Source of the DNA: an uncultured Acidobacteriota bacterium
GTDB taxonomy: Bacteria; Acidobacteriota; Terriglobia; Terriglobales; Acidobacteriaceae
Direction: 5' to 3'
NCBI GenBank assembly: GCA_963801615.1
Contig: CAWDFM010000004.1
Span: forward strand, 58,167-122,166
Length of the DNA stretch: 64,000 bases
In this document: in pieces, positions 29,050-38,959 of the stretch
Numbering within the stretch: the stretch's first letter is position 1
Layout of the letters: every line of letters starts with the position of its first letter
Program-made: the position numbers and the translations under genes
Notes under the pieces: model-generated
Database searches by the model: none
What the model was told of the DNA's origin: nothing
What the model saw: the letters and a program-made list of their open reading frames with translations, nothing else

Positions 29050-29080
29050 GGTTACACAATGCACCGTTGCTCGTGAATAA

Positions 29081-29100
29081 GATGGTCAATTGTGACCATC
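29081..29100. promoter_or_regulatory. operator-like palindrome gatGGTCAattgTGACCatc
   Basis: 8-bp perfect arms with a 4-nt spacer, between divergent ORFs (29049 minus, 29209 plus). A related site lies at 29788..29807. Confidence 0.4.
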
Positions 29101-29208
29101 GCGAAAGCCTCCGCGAGGCGCATCATTGTTCTATAGCAGCAAGGCAGCGGAAATTGTAGCCAGGGGGCTGCGTCCTTTCCCGTTGAAGCTTTGCTCAGGA
29201 GCGATGCC

Positions 29209-29427
29209 ATGTTCAATTTCTTAGCTACCGACGCAGGTAAGTCCTACGAGCCGCGACCGGCGCACCCCGGGCAACCAGAAGATTCCGACGGCGCCAAACA
29301 GCCACCGCTATCTGGAACTCCATATAGGCCTTACTCCGAGAAGCCTGCGCTGCCTGAGCTTCCTTACAAGCCCTACGCCGAGCCGCCTGCGCAAGAGGCT
29401 CCTTACGAGCCTTACAAAGGCATATAG
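29209..29427 (+). CDS. Pro/Tyr-rich small hypothetical protein
   Basis: MFNFLATDAGK... with repeated P-Y-x-P-Y units. aggag lies 8 nt upstream. Confidence 0.3.
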   Translation: MFNFLATDAGKSYEPRPAHPGQPEDSDGAKQPPLSGTPYRPYSEKPALPELPYKPYAEPPAQEAPYEPYKGI

Positions 29428-29518
29428 TCGCGGGACTCATATCCACTACTACGGTGAACGAAATGAGAAGGGGCTTTCTCGCTTCGATTGTTTCCACTAG
29501 AGGCAAACAGGAGAAATC

Positions 29519-29725
29519 ATGACCAACACGAAGTTTGTTGTAAGGGTGAGCCAGGGCACGCGCGCCCCTGCATACGTGCAGCGGTTCGATCGGCTGCCTG
29601 CCCAGATGACGACCAACCGCAAGCTGGCACTGATAATGGGAAAACTCACGGCGGAAGACGCGGCTAAAGCCATCGGAAATTCTCGGTGTGTTCCGGAGTT
29701 AGTCCCCGTACATGTCAATGCCTAG
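29519..29725 (+). CDS. hypothetical small protein
   Basis: 68 aa with a caggagaaatc RBS directly upstream of the ATG. Confidence 0.4.
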   Translation: MTNTKFVVRVSQGTRAPAYVQRFDRLPAQMTTNRKLALIMGKLTAEDAAKAIGNSRCVPELVPVHVNA

Positions 29726-29787
29726 AAGACGCCGACCCCGCGCCGCGGGCAGAAGCAGTCCTTCAATCTGCAGCGCGTTTAGGAGCA

Positions 29788-29807
29788 ACTGGTCAATTTT
29801 GACCAGT
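29788..29807. promoter_or_regulatory. operator-like palindrome acTGGTCAAttTTGACCAgt
   Basis: 9-bp perfect arms. It shares the GGTCAATTnnTGACC core with 29081..29100 and lies upstream of the GT4 fusion gene. Confidence 0.4.
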
Positions 29808-29983
29808 CCCACATACACTGTTGTTGAATACTGACGAGAGAAGAAGTCCACCGGTGGACGCAACACTAATGCCAAAAGCCGAACGCGGCGAGCCCAGCTA
29901 TCCGGGTCTTGACGCACGGCGATAGCTTGCACACGATCGGGAGAGCGACCGTTGTTGCTGTTTCTCACCAGGTTAGGAAGACA

Positions 29984-32392
29984 ATGTCGCTACCAAAAAC
30001 ACTGCTACCACCCAAGGCTCTCCTCACATTCGTCAGCCCAAGCCCGGTCGTAGGAGAAGGTGCTGCAGCACTTCGCTCACCACTAAAATCCCAGTCATCC
30101 CTGCCGAGCCGTATCGCCGTGATCGGGAATTATCTTCCACGACATTGCGGAATCGCGACGTTTACTACGGACCTGTGCAGCGCCATTTCCGCGGAGTACG
30201 GGACTGCTCGACTGTTGGCTCTCCCGGTCAACGATACCGAAGAAGGTTACGACTATCCGGCCCGGGTGCGATGGTCGCTCGCCCAGGACGATGTGAAATC
30301 GTATGAGGAAGCCGCCGCATTCCTGAACTTCAACAACATCGACATGGTATGCCTGCAGCACGAGTATGGAATTTTCGGCGGTCCAGCCGGAAGCCATATC
30401 TTGCATTTGCTGCGCGGTCTGAAAATGCCGGTCGTCACCACGCTGCACACGGTTTTGCGCGAGCCCAATCCTGACCAGTTGCTGGTGATGGAAGAGATCG
30501 CGGAACTCTCCGACCGGCTCATTGTGATGAGCCAACTCTCGTCCCAGTTTGTGCAGGAGGTTTTCAAGGTCCCTGGCAACAAGATTGATATGGTGCCGCA
30601 TGGAGTTCCAGACCTACCCTTCCTGGATCCAAATTTCTACAAAGACCGATTTGGCGTGGAAGGCAAGGCGGTGCTCCTCACGTTCGGACTGCTCTCCCCG
30701 AACAAGGGAGTCGAAAACGTGATTCAGGCACTGCCGCAGATTCTGTCCAAGCACAAGAATGTAACCTACATTGTCGCGGGTGCGACCCATCCTCACATCC
30801 TGCGCCGCGAGGGCGACAAGTATCGGGCCAGCCTGCAGGCCTTGGCGAAGGAAATCGGAGTGGAATCGAACGTGATCTTCCATAACCGTTTCGTCAGTCC
30901 TGAAGAAATGGTTGAGTTCATCGGTGCCGCCGACATTTACATTACCCCGTACCGCCATGAGGCGCAGGTGGTTTCCGGAACGCTCGCCTATGCGTTAGGT
31001 GCAGGCAAAGCGATCATTTCCACCCCGTACTGGCACGCGCTCGAGTTGTTGGACGATCGCAGAGGCGCGCTGGTTCCGTTCCAGAATCCCGATGCGATTG
31101 CGCATAAGACGATCGAACTTCTGGATACTCCCGCCATTCGTCACGCCATGCGCAAACGCGCTTACCTGTTCGCGCGGGAGATGGTGTGGAAGCGGGTGGC
31201 GCAAGGTTATATGGAAAGTTTTTCGCGCGTTCGAACCGATCGAATGGAGACTCCAAAAGTCCAGTTCTCCGCCCGCCTGACTGAAAAGTCGCCAGGTCGA
31301 TTGCCTCAGTTGAAACTGACTCACTTGCATCGTCTGACCGATGACACTGGAATGCTGCAGCACGCGATCTTCACGATCCCCAATCGTAAAGAGGGCTATA
31401 CCACCGATGACAATGCCCGGGCTCTGATCTTCTCACTGCTGCTGGAGCAAATAGAGAACGATGGACGACCAGAGGATCAGGCGGGAAGTGCCGATTCATC
31501 TGCCTCAGATTCCGCTGGGCTGTATCTCGCGTTTCTGGAACATGCGTTCAATTCCGCGAGGGGGAGGTTCAAGAACTTTCTCCGCTATGATCGCCGGTGG
31601 AACGAGGCTGTCGGATCCGAAGATTGTCATGGACGGGCATTGTGGGCGCTTGGAACAGTTCTAGGCCGATCGCAGAATCACGGACTGAGGGGCGCTGCCG
31701 GGCGTCTTTTTGAATTCTCTCTCCCTGCCGCGGTTGAATTCAGCAGCCCGCGTGCCTGGGCATATGCCTTGCTCGGCATTCAGGAATATCTCACCTCGTA
31801 CCCCGGAGATCGCGATGCACAGAAAGTACAATCTGCCCTCAGTCGCCGTCTTCTCGAAATGTATAAGTCAATCCGACAACCAGATTGGAAGTGGTTCGAG
31901 AGCGTTCTAGCTTACGGCAACGCCAGGCTATCGCAATCCATGCTGGTTGTAGGTTCAGCTTGCTCCGACGATGGGATGGTTTCCGTCGGCCTCGAATCTC
32001 TGGATTGGCTGCTGCAAATGCAACGCTGCGAAACCAACGGCCACTTTGTTCCGATTGGTTCGCAAGGGTTTTATCGCCAGAATGGCGAGAAGGCCCGCTT
32101 TGACCAGCAGCCACTTGAAGCCGCTGGCGCGGTTTCTGCTTGTTTGCAAGCATACCGGGTAACGGGGGACAGTCGCTGGCGCAAAGAAGCCTGGTCGGCT
32201 TTCAACTGGTTCCTCGGCGACAACGATCTACAACTGCCTCTTTATGATTCCGCGTCCGGCGGCTGTCGCGACGGCCTGCATCCCGACCGCGCCAACGAAA
32301 ACCAGGGAGCAGAATCAACGCTGTCTTTCCTGATGGCACTTCTCGAAATGCGCGCTCTGCAAGAGCCTGAACAAAAGGAAATCTTTTCATGA
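29984..32392 (+). CDS. GT4-family glycosyltransferase fused to a C-terminal alpha/alpha-barrel-like domain
   Basis: N-terminal IAVIGNYLPRHCGIATFTTDL and a GT-B fold with an E-x7-E-like region. C-terminal half has TDDNARALIF...HGRALWALG...AWAYALLG helix-repeat signatures. Start taken at MSLPKTLL. Confidence 0.8.
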   Translation: MSLPKTLLPPKALLTFVSPSPVVGEGAAALRSPLKSQSSLPSRIAVIGNYLPRHCGIATFTTDLCSAISAEYGTARLLALPVNDTEEGYDYPARVRWSLAQDDVKSYEEAAAFLNFNNIDMVCLQHEYGIFGGPAGSHILHLLRGLKMPVVTTLHTVLREPNPDQLLVMEEIAELSDRLIVMSQLSSQFVQEVFKVPGNKIDMVPHGVPDLPFLDPNFYKDRFGVEGKAVLLTFGLLSPNKGVENVIQALPQILSKHKNVTYIVAGATHPHILRREGDKYRASLQALAKEIGVESNVIFHNRFVSPEEMVEFIGAADIYITPYRHEAQVVSGTLAYALGAGKAIISTPYWHALELLDDRRGALVPFQNPDAIAHKTIELLDTPAIRHAMRKRAYLFAREMVWKRVAQGYMESFSRVRTDRMETPKVQFSARLTEKSPGRLPQLKLTHLHRLTDDTGMLQHAIFTIPNRKEGYTTDDNARALIFSLLLEQIENDGRPEDQAGSADSSASDSAGLYLAFLEHAFNSARGRFKNFLRYDRRWNEAVGSEDCHGRALWALGTVLGRSQNHGLRGAAGRLFEFSLPAAVEFSSPRAWAYALLGIQEYLTSYPGDRDAQKVQSALSRRLLEMYKSIRQPDWKWFESVLAYGNARLSQSMLVVGSACSDDGMVSVGLESLDWLLQMQRCETNGHFVPIGSQGFYRQNGEKARFDQQPLEAAGAVSACLQAYRVTGDSRWRKEAWSAFNWFLGDNDLQLPLYDSASGGCRDGLHPDRANENQGAESTLSFLMALLEMRALQEPEQKEIFS

Positions 32393-33396
32393 CCGTTCCC
32401 GTAGAAAAGCAGACCAGCCTGCTGAGCACACGCTTCGAGCCACTGCTTCATCGCCATCCTGCAAACCCCATTCTAACGAGTAAGGACTGGCCATATCCCA
32501 TCAACAGCGTCTTCAACGCAGGCGCAACGTTGCTCGCGGATGGCACGACCCTGTTGCTCTGCCGGGTGGAAGATCGCCGTGGTTTGTCACACTTCTGTGC
32601 CGCGCGTTCTCGCAACGGAGTCGATGCATGGCGGATCGATAGTCAGCCCACCTTGATGGCAGACCCGAAGAATTATCCTGAAGAGATCTGGGGTATTGAG
32701 GATCCTCGCATCACCTTCGTCCCCGAACTACAGCAATACGTTGTCACCTACACCTCCTATTCGCGCGGTGGGCCGGGCGTGTCGCTGGCCCTTACCAAAG
32801 ACTTCCGCACCTTCGAACGATATGGCGTGATTATGCCGCCCGACGACAAGGACTCCGCCCTTCTGCCTCGGAGAATCGACGGATGCTGGGCTCTGATTCA
32901 TCGTCCCATGACGACGCTCGGGTCCCACATGTGGATTTCTTACTCTCCCGACTTGCGCTATTGGGGCCGGCACAGGCTCATGCTGGAAGCTCGCCGCGGT
33001 GCCTGGTGGGATGCCAACAAGATCGGGCTGTCACCGCCACCCATCGAGACTTCCCGCGGATGGCTGGTGTTCTATCACGGCGTCCGGCACACGCCCGCCG
33101 GCTGTCTGTACCGATTGGGCTTGGCCCTCTTCGATCTGGAGCATCCGGAGAAATGCTTGTTACGAGGGGACTCGTGGATCTTTGGACCAGAGACGGAGTA
33201 CGAGCGTCGTGGCGACGTCGATGATGTCGTGTTTCCCTGTGGCTACACAATCGACGCCGATGGCGATGCGCTCAACATTTATTACGGGGCTGCGGATTGC
33301 GCGATTGCCCTGGCTCGTGCCAGTGTAAAATCGTTACTCGATTGGCTCGACGTTAACGGAAGTTGCGAACGTCGCCAGCGCGCGCAGGATCTATGA
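32389..33396 (+). CDS. GH130-family glycoside phosphorylase/hydrolase (beta-mannoside-type fold)
   Basis: NPILTSKDWPYPINSVFNAGA, WGIEDPRITF and YYGAADCAIALA motifs. Overlaps the upstream gene by 4 nt. Confidence 0.8.
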   Translation: MTVPVEKQTSLLSTRFEPLLHRHPANPILTSKDWPYPINSVFNAGATLLADGTTLLLCRVEDRRGLSHFCAARSRNGVDAWRIDSQPTLMADPKNYPEEIWGIEDPRITFVPELQQYVVTYTSYSRGGPGVSLALTKDFRTFERYGVIMPPDDKDSALLPRRIDGCWALIHRPMTTLGSHMWISYSPDLRYWGRHRLMLEARRGAWWDANKIGLSPPPIETSRGWLVFYHGVRHTPAGCLYRLGLALFDLEHPEKCLLRGDSWIFGPETEYERRGDVDDVVFPCGYTIDADGDALNIYYGAADCAIALARASVKSLLDWLDVNGSCERRQRAQDL

Positions 33397-33569
33397 AATC
33401 GCTTCTTTGGATTTTCCAGTTTTTCTTTGGCTGCCGACATCGTCATCAGAGCCGGGTGTTCACTATCAAACACCGTACATACAAGGTCTGCTTCGACTGT
33501 GGACGGGAATTCGACTTGCCCGATGCACGCGTGCCCGTGCAATCCAGATCCTCTCGGGCCGCTGCTTAG
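33393..33569 (+). CDS. small Cys/His protein (C-x-H ... C-x-x-C)
   Basis: MKSLLWIFQFFFGCRHRHQSRVFTIKHRTYKVCFDCGREFDLP. ATGA overlap with the GH130 stop. Confidence 0.5.
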   Translation: MKSLLWIFQFFFGCRHRHQSRVFTIKHRTYKVCFDCGREFDLPDARVPVQSRSSRAAA

Positions 33570-33837
33570 GCGCTGCTTAGGAACGGACTCTGAGCCTCGA
33601 CACTAAAGTTTCGTGTGTCGATCCAGTTCTTGCGTCGCAACGTTGATTTTACATGTGAGCTATCTTGCTCAGACGCTCCCGCCCACGTGTGTCATTCTTG
33701 ATTATCTCCTGACGTGTGTAGACGGAACCGCGAAGCTGAATCGCAGCTCCTTCCCGGATCTCGCAGGCGACCTGGGATATGCCACCATCAAGATTTCTAT
33801 CGCGCAATCGGCAGACATTCTGCCCTAAGGAGATATC

Positions 33838-35505
33838 GTGAAAACGAAGCTGATTCTGATAGCTGGAATGATCCTCAGTCTGGGCGCATGGGCGCAGACT
33901 AACTCGCAAACCACCGAAGCCGTCGAACCGTTAAGCCCTATGCCCACCTTCCATGTGACTGTCACTAGCAGGAGTGTGCAGGCGGTCAACTACAAGCACC
34001 GTGGCGGAGCCTCCAAACTCGATTTCGCGGGCACGGACCTAATGCCTGCGGCGAGTGGCCAAGCCAAAGTGGAAAGCAAGAAAGGCTACACCGAAATCGA
34101 AGTGGAGTTTGGCAATCTGCAAAAGCCCACGACTTTCGGCAATGAGTATCTGACCTACATCTTATGGGCAATATCGCCGGAAGGCCGCGCAGTCAATCTG
34201 GGCGAGGTTCTGGTCGGCGACAATCATCGCAGCAAACTGGACGTGACCACGGATCTCCAGGCTTTCGCGCTGATCGTTACCGCGGAGCCTTACTATGCCG
34301 TGCGCCAACCCAGCAATGTTGTCGTGATCGAGAATGTCGTTCGGGAAGACACCAAGGGAACAACGGAAACGGTTAATGCAAAATATGAACTGCTGGAGCG
34401 CGGCGGCTACATTCCCACCGGATACAAGTTTGACCGCGTAGTTTTGAATGCGAAGTTGCCACTGGAATTTTTTGAGGCGCGCAATGCGCTCCGCATCGCT
34501 CAATCTGAGGGAGCCGAACAGTACGCCGGCGACAGCTATCAACGCGCAGTGCAATTGATGGACAAGGCGGATGGCTATGCCATAGAAAAGAATGTTCCGA
34601 AAAAACAACTGATCGCAATTTCCCGCGAGGCCGTACAAACTGCGGAAGATGCCCGTGCGATTGCTGTTCAGAAGATGAATGATGTGCGCCTCGCTAACGA
34701 ACGCCAGGCTTCTGCGGATGCACAGGCGCAAACTCAGAGTCAGGCCGATGAGGCGACGCGGCGCAAGGAACAAGCCGAGTCCGACGCTGCAAAAGCTGAA
34801 GCTGCCAAAATTCAGGCCGAATCCGACACCGTGAATGCGCAAGCTGCCAAGGCTCAGGCTGAAGCAGATTCGGCGAAGGCACGGACTGACGCCACTGATG
34901 CACAGGCGGCAACGGCGAAGGCCCAATCAGACATGGCTGCTAACCAGGCTTTGTCCGCAACCGCACTTTCGGCCGCCCAGGCGGACGCAGACCAATCGCG
35001 GGCGGATACGCTGAAGGCGCAGCAATCCGCGCAACAGGCGGAAGCTGACAAGGCAGCCCTGCGCATGAAGCTGTCCGAGCAACTGAATTCTGTCCTTCAG
35101 ACTCGCGATACGGCGCGCGGCCTCATCGTCAGCATGTCCGAGGTCCTGTTTGATACTGGGAAGTATTCGCTGAAGCCGGGAGCACGCGAGAAGCTGGCGA
35201 AAGTGGCCGGAATCCTGCTGGCATACCCGGGGCTCAACATCGAAGTCGGCGGCTACACCGACAATGTCGGCGGCGATGCTATGAATCAGACGCTGTCGGA
35301 GAATCGTGCCGGTTCCGTGCGCGACTACCTGGTGCAGCAGGGCGTACCGACGAATTCGGTTTCATCCCGAGGTTTCGGCAACAGCCTGCCAGTGGCTTCC
35401 AACGCTAACTCCGCCGGGCGGCAGCAGAACCGCAGAGTCGAACTTCTGGTCTCCGGCGAAGCCATCGGCAACCCTGTGAACCCAACTACAGGAAGCTTGC
35501 GCTAG
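33838..35505 (+). CDS. OmpA-family protein with long Ala/Gln-rich coiled-coil linker
   Basis: GTG start with a signal peptide. C-terminal OmpA-like domain (FDTGKYSLKPGA...GYTDNVGGDAMNQTLSENRAGSVRDYL...NRRVELLV). Confidence 0.85.
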   Translation: MKTKLILIAGMILSLGAWAQTNSQTTEAVEPLSPMPTFHVTVTSRSVQAVNYKHRGGASKLDFAGTDLMPAASGQAKVESKKGYTEIEVEFGNLQKPTTFGNEYLTYILWAISPEGRAVNLGEVLVGDNHRSKLDVTTDLQAFALIVTAEPYYAVRQPSNVVVIENVVREDTKGTTETVNAKYELLERGGYIPTGYKFDRVVLNAKLPLEFFEARNALRIAQSEGAEQYAGDSYQRAVQLMDKADGYAIEKNVPKKQLIAISREAVQTAEDARAIAVQKMNDVRLANERQASADAQAQTQSQADEATRRKEQAESDAAKAEAAKIQAESDTVNAQAAKAQAEADSAKARTDATDAQAATAKAQSDMAANQALSATALSAAQADADQSRADTLKAQQSAQQAEADKAALRMKLSEQLNSVLQTRDTARGLIVSMSEVLFDTGKYSLKPGAREKLAKVAGILLAYPGLNIEVGGYTDNVGGDAMNQTLSENRAGSVRDYLVQQGVPTNSVSSRGFGNSLPVASNANSAGRQQNRRVELLVSGEAIGNPVNPTTGSLR

Positions 35506-35588
35506 AACAAATATTGGCAAAAAGGGGGCCAAGGCGGTGCAATCTCGGTGAGGCTGCACCGCCTCTTGAACAAAAAGAAAGTAAAGAC

Positions 35589-35744
35589 ATGCTGGGAACT
35601 ATCTTGATTGTGATTTTGATTTGCGCGCTTCTCGGCGCGCTACCGCGCTGGTGGCACAGTAAGGATTGGGGTTATGCCCCGACCCGTGGTTTAGGTATCG
35701 TGCTTGTTATCGTAGTGGTTCTACTGGTTGTGGGACGCATCTAG
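35589..35744 (+). CDS. DUF3309-like small membrane protein
   Basis: MLGTILIVILICALLGALPRWWHSKDWGYAPTRGLGIVLVIVVVLLVVGRI. Confidence 0.6.
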   Translation: MLGTILIVILICALLGALPRWWHSKDWGYAPTRGLGIVLVIVVVLLVVGRI

Positions 35745-37070
35745 ATGATCAGCCACACCGCGATCTTTATTCGCGCGAGCGCCCGCGGTTGGCGCCGCTT
35801 CGTTATCGCTGCCGCGGCAATTGTTCTCGCCGTCCTCATCTGCAGCGACGCCTCCTCCGCGTACTCCGTCCTGACCCACGAGGAAATCGTAGATCTGTTG
35901 TGGACTGCCGAGATCCGGCCCCTGCTCCTGCAACGTTATCCCGGACTGTCGGAGGAGCAGATCACCGAAGCCCATGCCTACGCCTACGGAGGCGCGGTCA
36001 TTCAGGATCTGGGCTATTACCCGTTCGGCAGCACAGGGTTCAGCGACCTGGTGCACTACGTTCGCAGCGGAGACTTTGTTCGCGAACTGCTGCTCGAAAG
36101 TGAGGATGTCGACGAGTACGCGTTCGCGCTGGGCGCACTGTCGCACTATGCCTCGGATATCGCGGGGCATCCGGCAGTCAACCAGGCAGTCGCCATCGAG
36201 TATCCCAAGCTACGCGCAAAATATGGTAAGTCCGTCCGCTATGCCCAGGATAGGACCGCTCACCTCAAAACGGAGTTCGGATTTGACACCGTGCAGGTTG
36301 CAAAGAATCGCTATGCGTCGCAGCAGTATCACGATTTCATTGGCTTCCAAGTGTCCAAATCTTTACTGGAACGGGTATTTCCTGTGGTCTATGGAATGCA
36401 GTTGAAAGACGTGCTGACCCATGAAGACTTGGCGATCGGCTCGTATCGGTTCGCGGTAAGCCGGATGATTCCTGAGATGACCCAGGTCGCGCTGCAAACA
36501 CATAAAAAGGAACTGGTGCGCGAGACTCCGAATTTCGCGAAGCGGAAGTTCCTCTATCGTCTATCGCGCTCCGATTACGAAAAGCAGTGGGGAAAAGACT
36601 ACAAAAAGCCCGGCGTGGGCACCCGCATCTTATCGACGCTCTTGCGATACATGCCGAAAGTCGGTCCCTTCAAAGGCTTGGCGTTCAATAATCCGACTCC
36701 CAAAACTGAGGATCTCTATTTCAAAAGCATCAATAGGACGGTCGACCAGTATCGGGTCTTTCTCGAGCAAGTGCGCAACGACAAACTTGTCCTTCCCAAC
36801 TGCGATCTCGACAGTGGGCTGCCGACCACGGCTGGGGAATACTCGCTCACGGACAGCGCGTACGCGAAGTTGCTGGTTCAATTGTCGGACCGAAAGTTCA
36901 ATCTCACATCGCCGGAACTGCGCGACAACATCCTGCAGTTCTACTCAGCGGCCTGGGCCGCGAGCGAAACGAAAAAAGATCCGGCTCATTGGCATAGTGT
37001 GCTGACGTCTCTGGATCAACTAGGATCCGCAGTGTTGATTTCGACGCGCCTCGGTGGTTCTAGCAAATAG
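35745..37070 (+). CDS. zinc-dependent phospholipase C-like protein
   Basis: Signal/anchor, then YSVLTHEEIVD and HYASDIAGHPAVN His/Asp motifs. Confidence 0.65.
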   Translation: MISHTAIFIRASARGWRRFVIAAAAIVLAVLICSDASSAYSVLTHEEIVDLLWTAEIRPLLLQRYPGLSEEQITEAHAYAYGGAVIQDLGYYPFGSTGFSDLVHYVRSGDFVRELLLESEDVDEYAFALGALSHYASDIAGHPAVNQAVAIEYPKLRAKYGKSVRYAQDRTAHLKTEFGFDTVQVAKNRYASQQYHDFIGFQVSKSLLERVFPVVYGMQLKDVLTHEDLAIGSYRFAVSRMIPEMTQVALQTHKKELVRETPNFAKRKFLYRLSRSDYEKQWGKDYKKPGVGTRILSTLLRYMPKVGPFKGLAFNNPTPKTEDLYFKSINRTVDQYRVFLEQVRNDKLVLPNCDLDSGLPTTAGEYSLTDSAYAKLLVQLSDRKFNLTSPELRDNILQFYSAAWAASETKKDPAHWHSVLTSLDQLGSAVLISTRLGGSSK

Positions 37071-37257
37071 AGTGTCGGAAGCGCAGCCCAGACGCGCGCC
37101 ATATTTGGCCGGCTGGAAAAGCACAAGGCGATTCATCCCAGTGCTGTGGAACGATGATGGCCAGGGAGGAGTTGAACCGCCGCCAGCCTTTTCAGGGCTG
37201 CGCACTAATGCCTACCATCCCTTCCGATGGAGTCTCTTGCCGAATGCAATTTGTTCT

Positions 37258-37533
37258 TTATCCCTTGCCATCTCGCTGTTTTGCAGATCGCGATAGTGTT
37301 GTTTCCAACTTCTTTAGGGTCGCCAGCGAGTGAGCCGCGGATTCGCGCTCCTGAATGTTACTCTTCAGCTGCAACAACTCACCCAGACGTCCCATGACAA
37401 CGGCCTTGGCTTCTTTTACCCGGTCTGGAAAGTCATCGGGCGGGATGTCTATCAGACCAGCTTCGAGAAGCGATGTCCAAACTCGTTGTTTCTCGGACTT
37501 CTCACCAGATGGGCACACGGCTCTAAACTCCAT
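37258..37533 (-). CDS. hypothetical protein
   Basis: 91-aa ORF in a minus-strand run of unknown genes. Confidence 0.35.
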   Translation of the reverse strand: MEFRAVCPSGEKSEKQRVWTSLLEAGLIDIPPDDFPDRVKEAKAVVMGRLGELLQLKSNIQERESAAHSLATLKKLETTLSRSAKQRDGKG

Positions 37534-37585
37534 TTCTATTGTGACCTAAGCGGCCATTGGAAGTGAAACGCCGGGTCACTCCGCG

Positions 37586-37969
37586 TCAGGCGCTTTTCTC
37601 CTGCGAATGCTTGAACCTGAGATAGGTGTAGGCCAGATACTGGTTCAGTTCGGCCCAGAAAGACTGCTCCTTATCGCGGGGATCCAATCCCGCTTCGGCC
37701 ATGGAAACCAGCCGGGTTTCCCAAGCTTCCCGTTCCGCCTGCGTGACCTCTTCAGCGTTGCGCCAAACTGGCGGTTCAGGGTGATCCAAGACCTTGTGCT
37801 CCGGAATCACTCGTCCATCGTCAAGAATGAAATCGCGCCACACCAACCCCCAGCGCACTTCTTTCACGACCCCAGTTCTTAAACTATCGGCCGATTCAAA
37901 CGTGACTATTTGGCCCTCTTGGGGAGGCCAACTCGTGGGGGAGGATGCTTGCTTCGCCGTGGGTCTCAT
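37586..37969 (-). CDS. hypothetical protein
   Basis: 127-aa ORF with no recognisable domain. Confidence 0.4.
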   Translation of the reverse strand: MRPTAKQASSPTSWPPQEGQIVTFESADSLRTGVVKEVRWGLVWRDFILDDGRVIPEHKVLDHPEPPVWRNAEEVTQAEREAWETRLVSMAEAGLDPRDKEQSFWAELNQYLAYTYLRFKHSQEKSA

Positions 37970-37994
37970 CCGTTGACACCTGCTGCAGCAACTC

Positions 37995-38861
37995 TCAATT
38001 GCGCTCTTCTCGTTGGGGTTTACGGCCGACGATTTGCGAGCGCTTTACAAACGGTTTAGGCCATGAGCCCCGAGATAAAACGCGATCTACAGCTCCCTCC
38101 ACCATTGAGAGAAATGCACTATCCCCACTTTGGATCGGCGCCGCTAACGCGACATTCAGAATGTCCATCCGTGGGGCCACTTCGAGCACAGGTATCGATT
38201 CGGTGGAACGGCTCAGGTACATAACCCAAAGAAGAGTAACGCCGTTATATGCAGCACTCTTGATGAGACTAATGACCGCAGCGCCTCGATCACCAAAGTA
38301 CATCACAATGCTGACCAGCGTCAGTTCGATGGTTGCGAAGAGCCCGAATCCGAGCGCGATTCCGAATACGTGTTGGCGCCAGCAATTTCTGAGAAGCCGG
38401 CAAAGGATCAGCAAGAGGAAGAAGAGCCCACATTGCATTACGCGTACGCTGCGGTCGAAGGCCAAAACGACCGAGATCACCCTGTCGGAACTGGTCTGTT
38501 GCGTCGAGAAAGCATTCACGATTGAAAGCACAAGCAATAGTCCACAGGACCATCTGAATATAAGGGACGTTAGCCTTTGAATACCTCCATAGCCCTTAAG
38601 TAGATTGTGCAAAATTTCATCCATCACGGTGACGGACAACAGTACGCTGATAGCGTTGCCGGTCCAGTATGCATCAAAGTAGTTTTCTTGATAGCCGCGG
38701 TAGATTCCGAAAAGAACTCCTGATTTCACAACTTGAAAAACGATGTAGGAGAAAAATCGCGGAAGGACCACGTGCAATCTGCGCTGGGTCATGAAGATCA
38801 GAAGCGTGATCTGGAGCACCGGACCCACGAGCCAAATCACGTACATCGTTATCCCATTCAT
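37995..38861 (-). CDS. polytopic membrane protein, unknown function
   Basis: 288 aa with about 7 or more hydrophobic segments. Confidence 0.6.
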   Translation of the reverse strand: MNGITMYVIWLVGPVLQITLLIFMTQRRLHVVLPRFFSYIVFQVVKSGVLFGIYRGYQENYFDAYWTGNAISVLLSVTVMDEILHNLLKGYGGIQRLTSLIFRWSCGLLLVLSIVNAFSTQQTSSDRVISVVLAFDRSVRVMQCGLFFLLLILCRLLRNCWRQHVFGIALGFGLFATIELTLVSIVMYFGDRGAAVISLIKSAAYNGVTLLWVMYLSRSTESIPVLEVAPRMDILNVALAAPIQSGDSAFLSMVEGAVDRVLSRGSWPKPFVKRSQIVGRKPQREERN

Positions 38862-38959
38862 GCCTTTTGTCCCCCAGAGCCGAAAAGCATACTTCTCCCC
38901 CGGCAGCTCCGCAAGACTTTTATCGAGGCCGCCCTCTTCTATTCAGTTGTCCGGGAACC

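Noticed and set aside
34690-35080. Low-complexity GC-rich Ala/Gln/Asp-coding stretch inside the OmpA-family gene.
   Set aside because: It is a simple coiled-coil/linker composition (AQAxxA-type) within an intact ORF. It has no repeat-unit structure suggesting a mobile or regulatory element.
35532-35564. 10-bp-stem hairpin (aggcggtgca...tgcaccgcct) after the OmpA-family gene, considered as a terminator.
   Set aside because: No U-tract follows, so I did not call it as an intrinsic terminator. It may still stabilise the mRNA 3' end.
37125-37215. tRNA-Phe-like segment on the minus strand: CAGCC-CUGAAAA-GGCUG (anticodon-arm-like, GAA) followed by GGCGG-UUCAACU-CCUCC.
   Set aside because: There is no D-arm and no 5' acceptor strand complementary to the 3' side. 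The variable region would be only 2 nt and the T-stem has a mismatch. It is also unrelated in sequence to the fragment at 25893..25924, so the two do not form a direct-repeat pair. At best it is a very decayed remnant.
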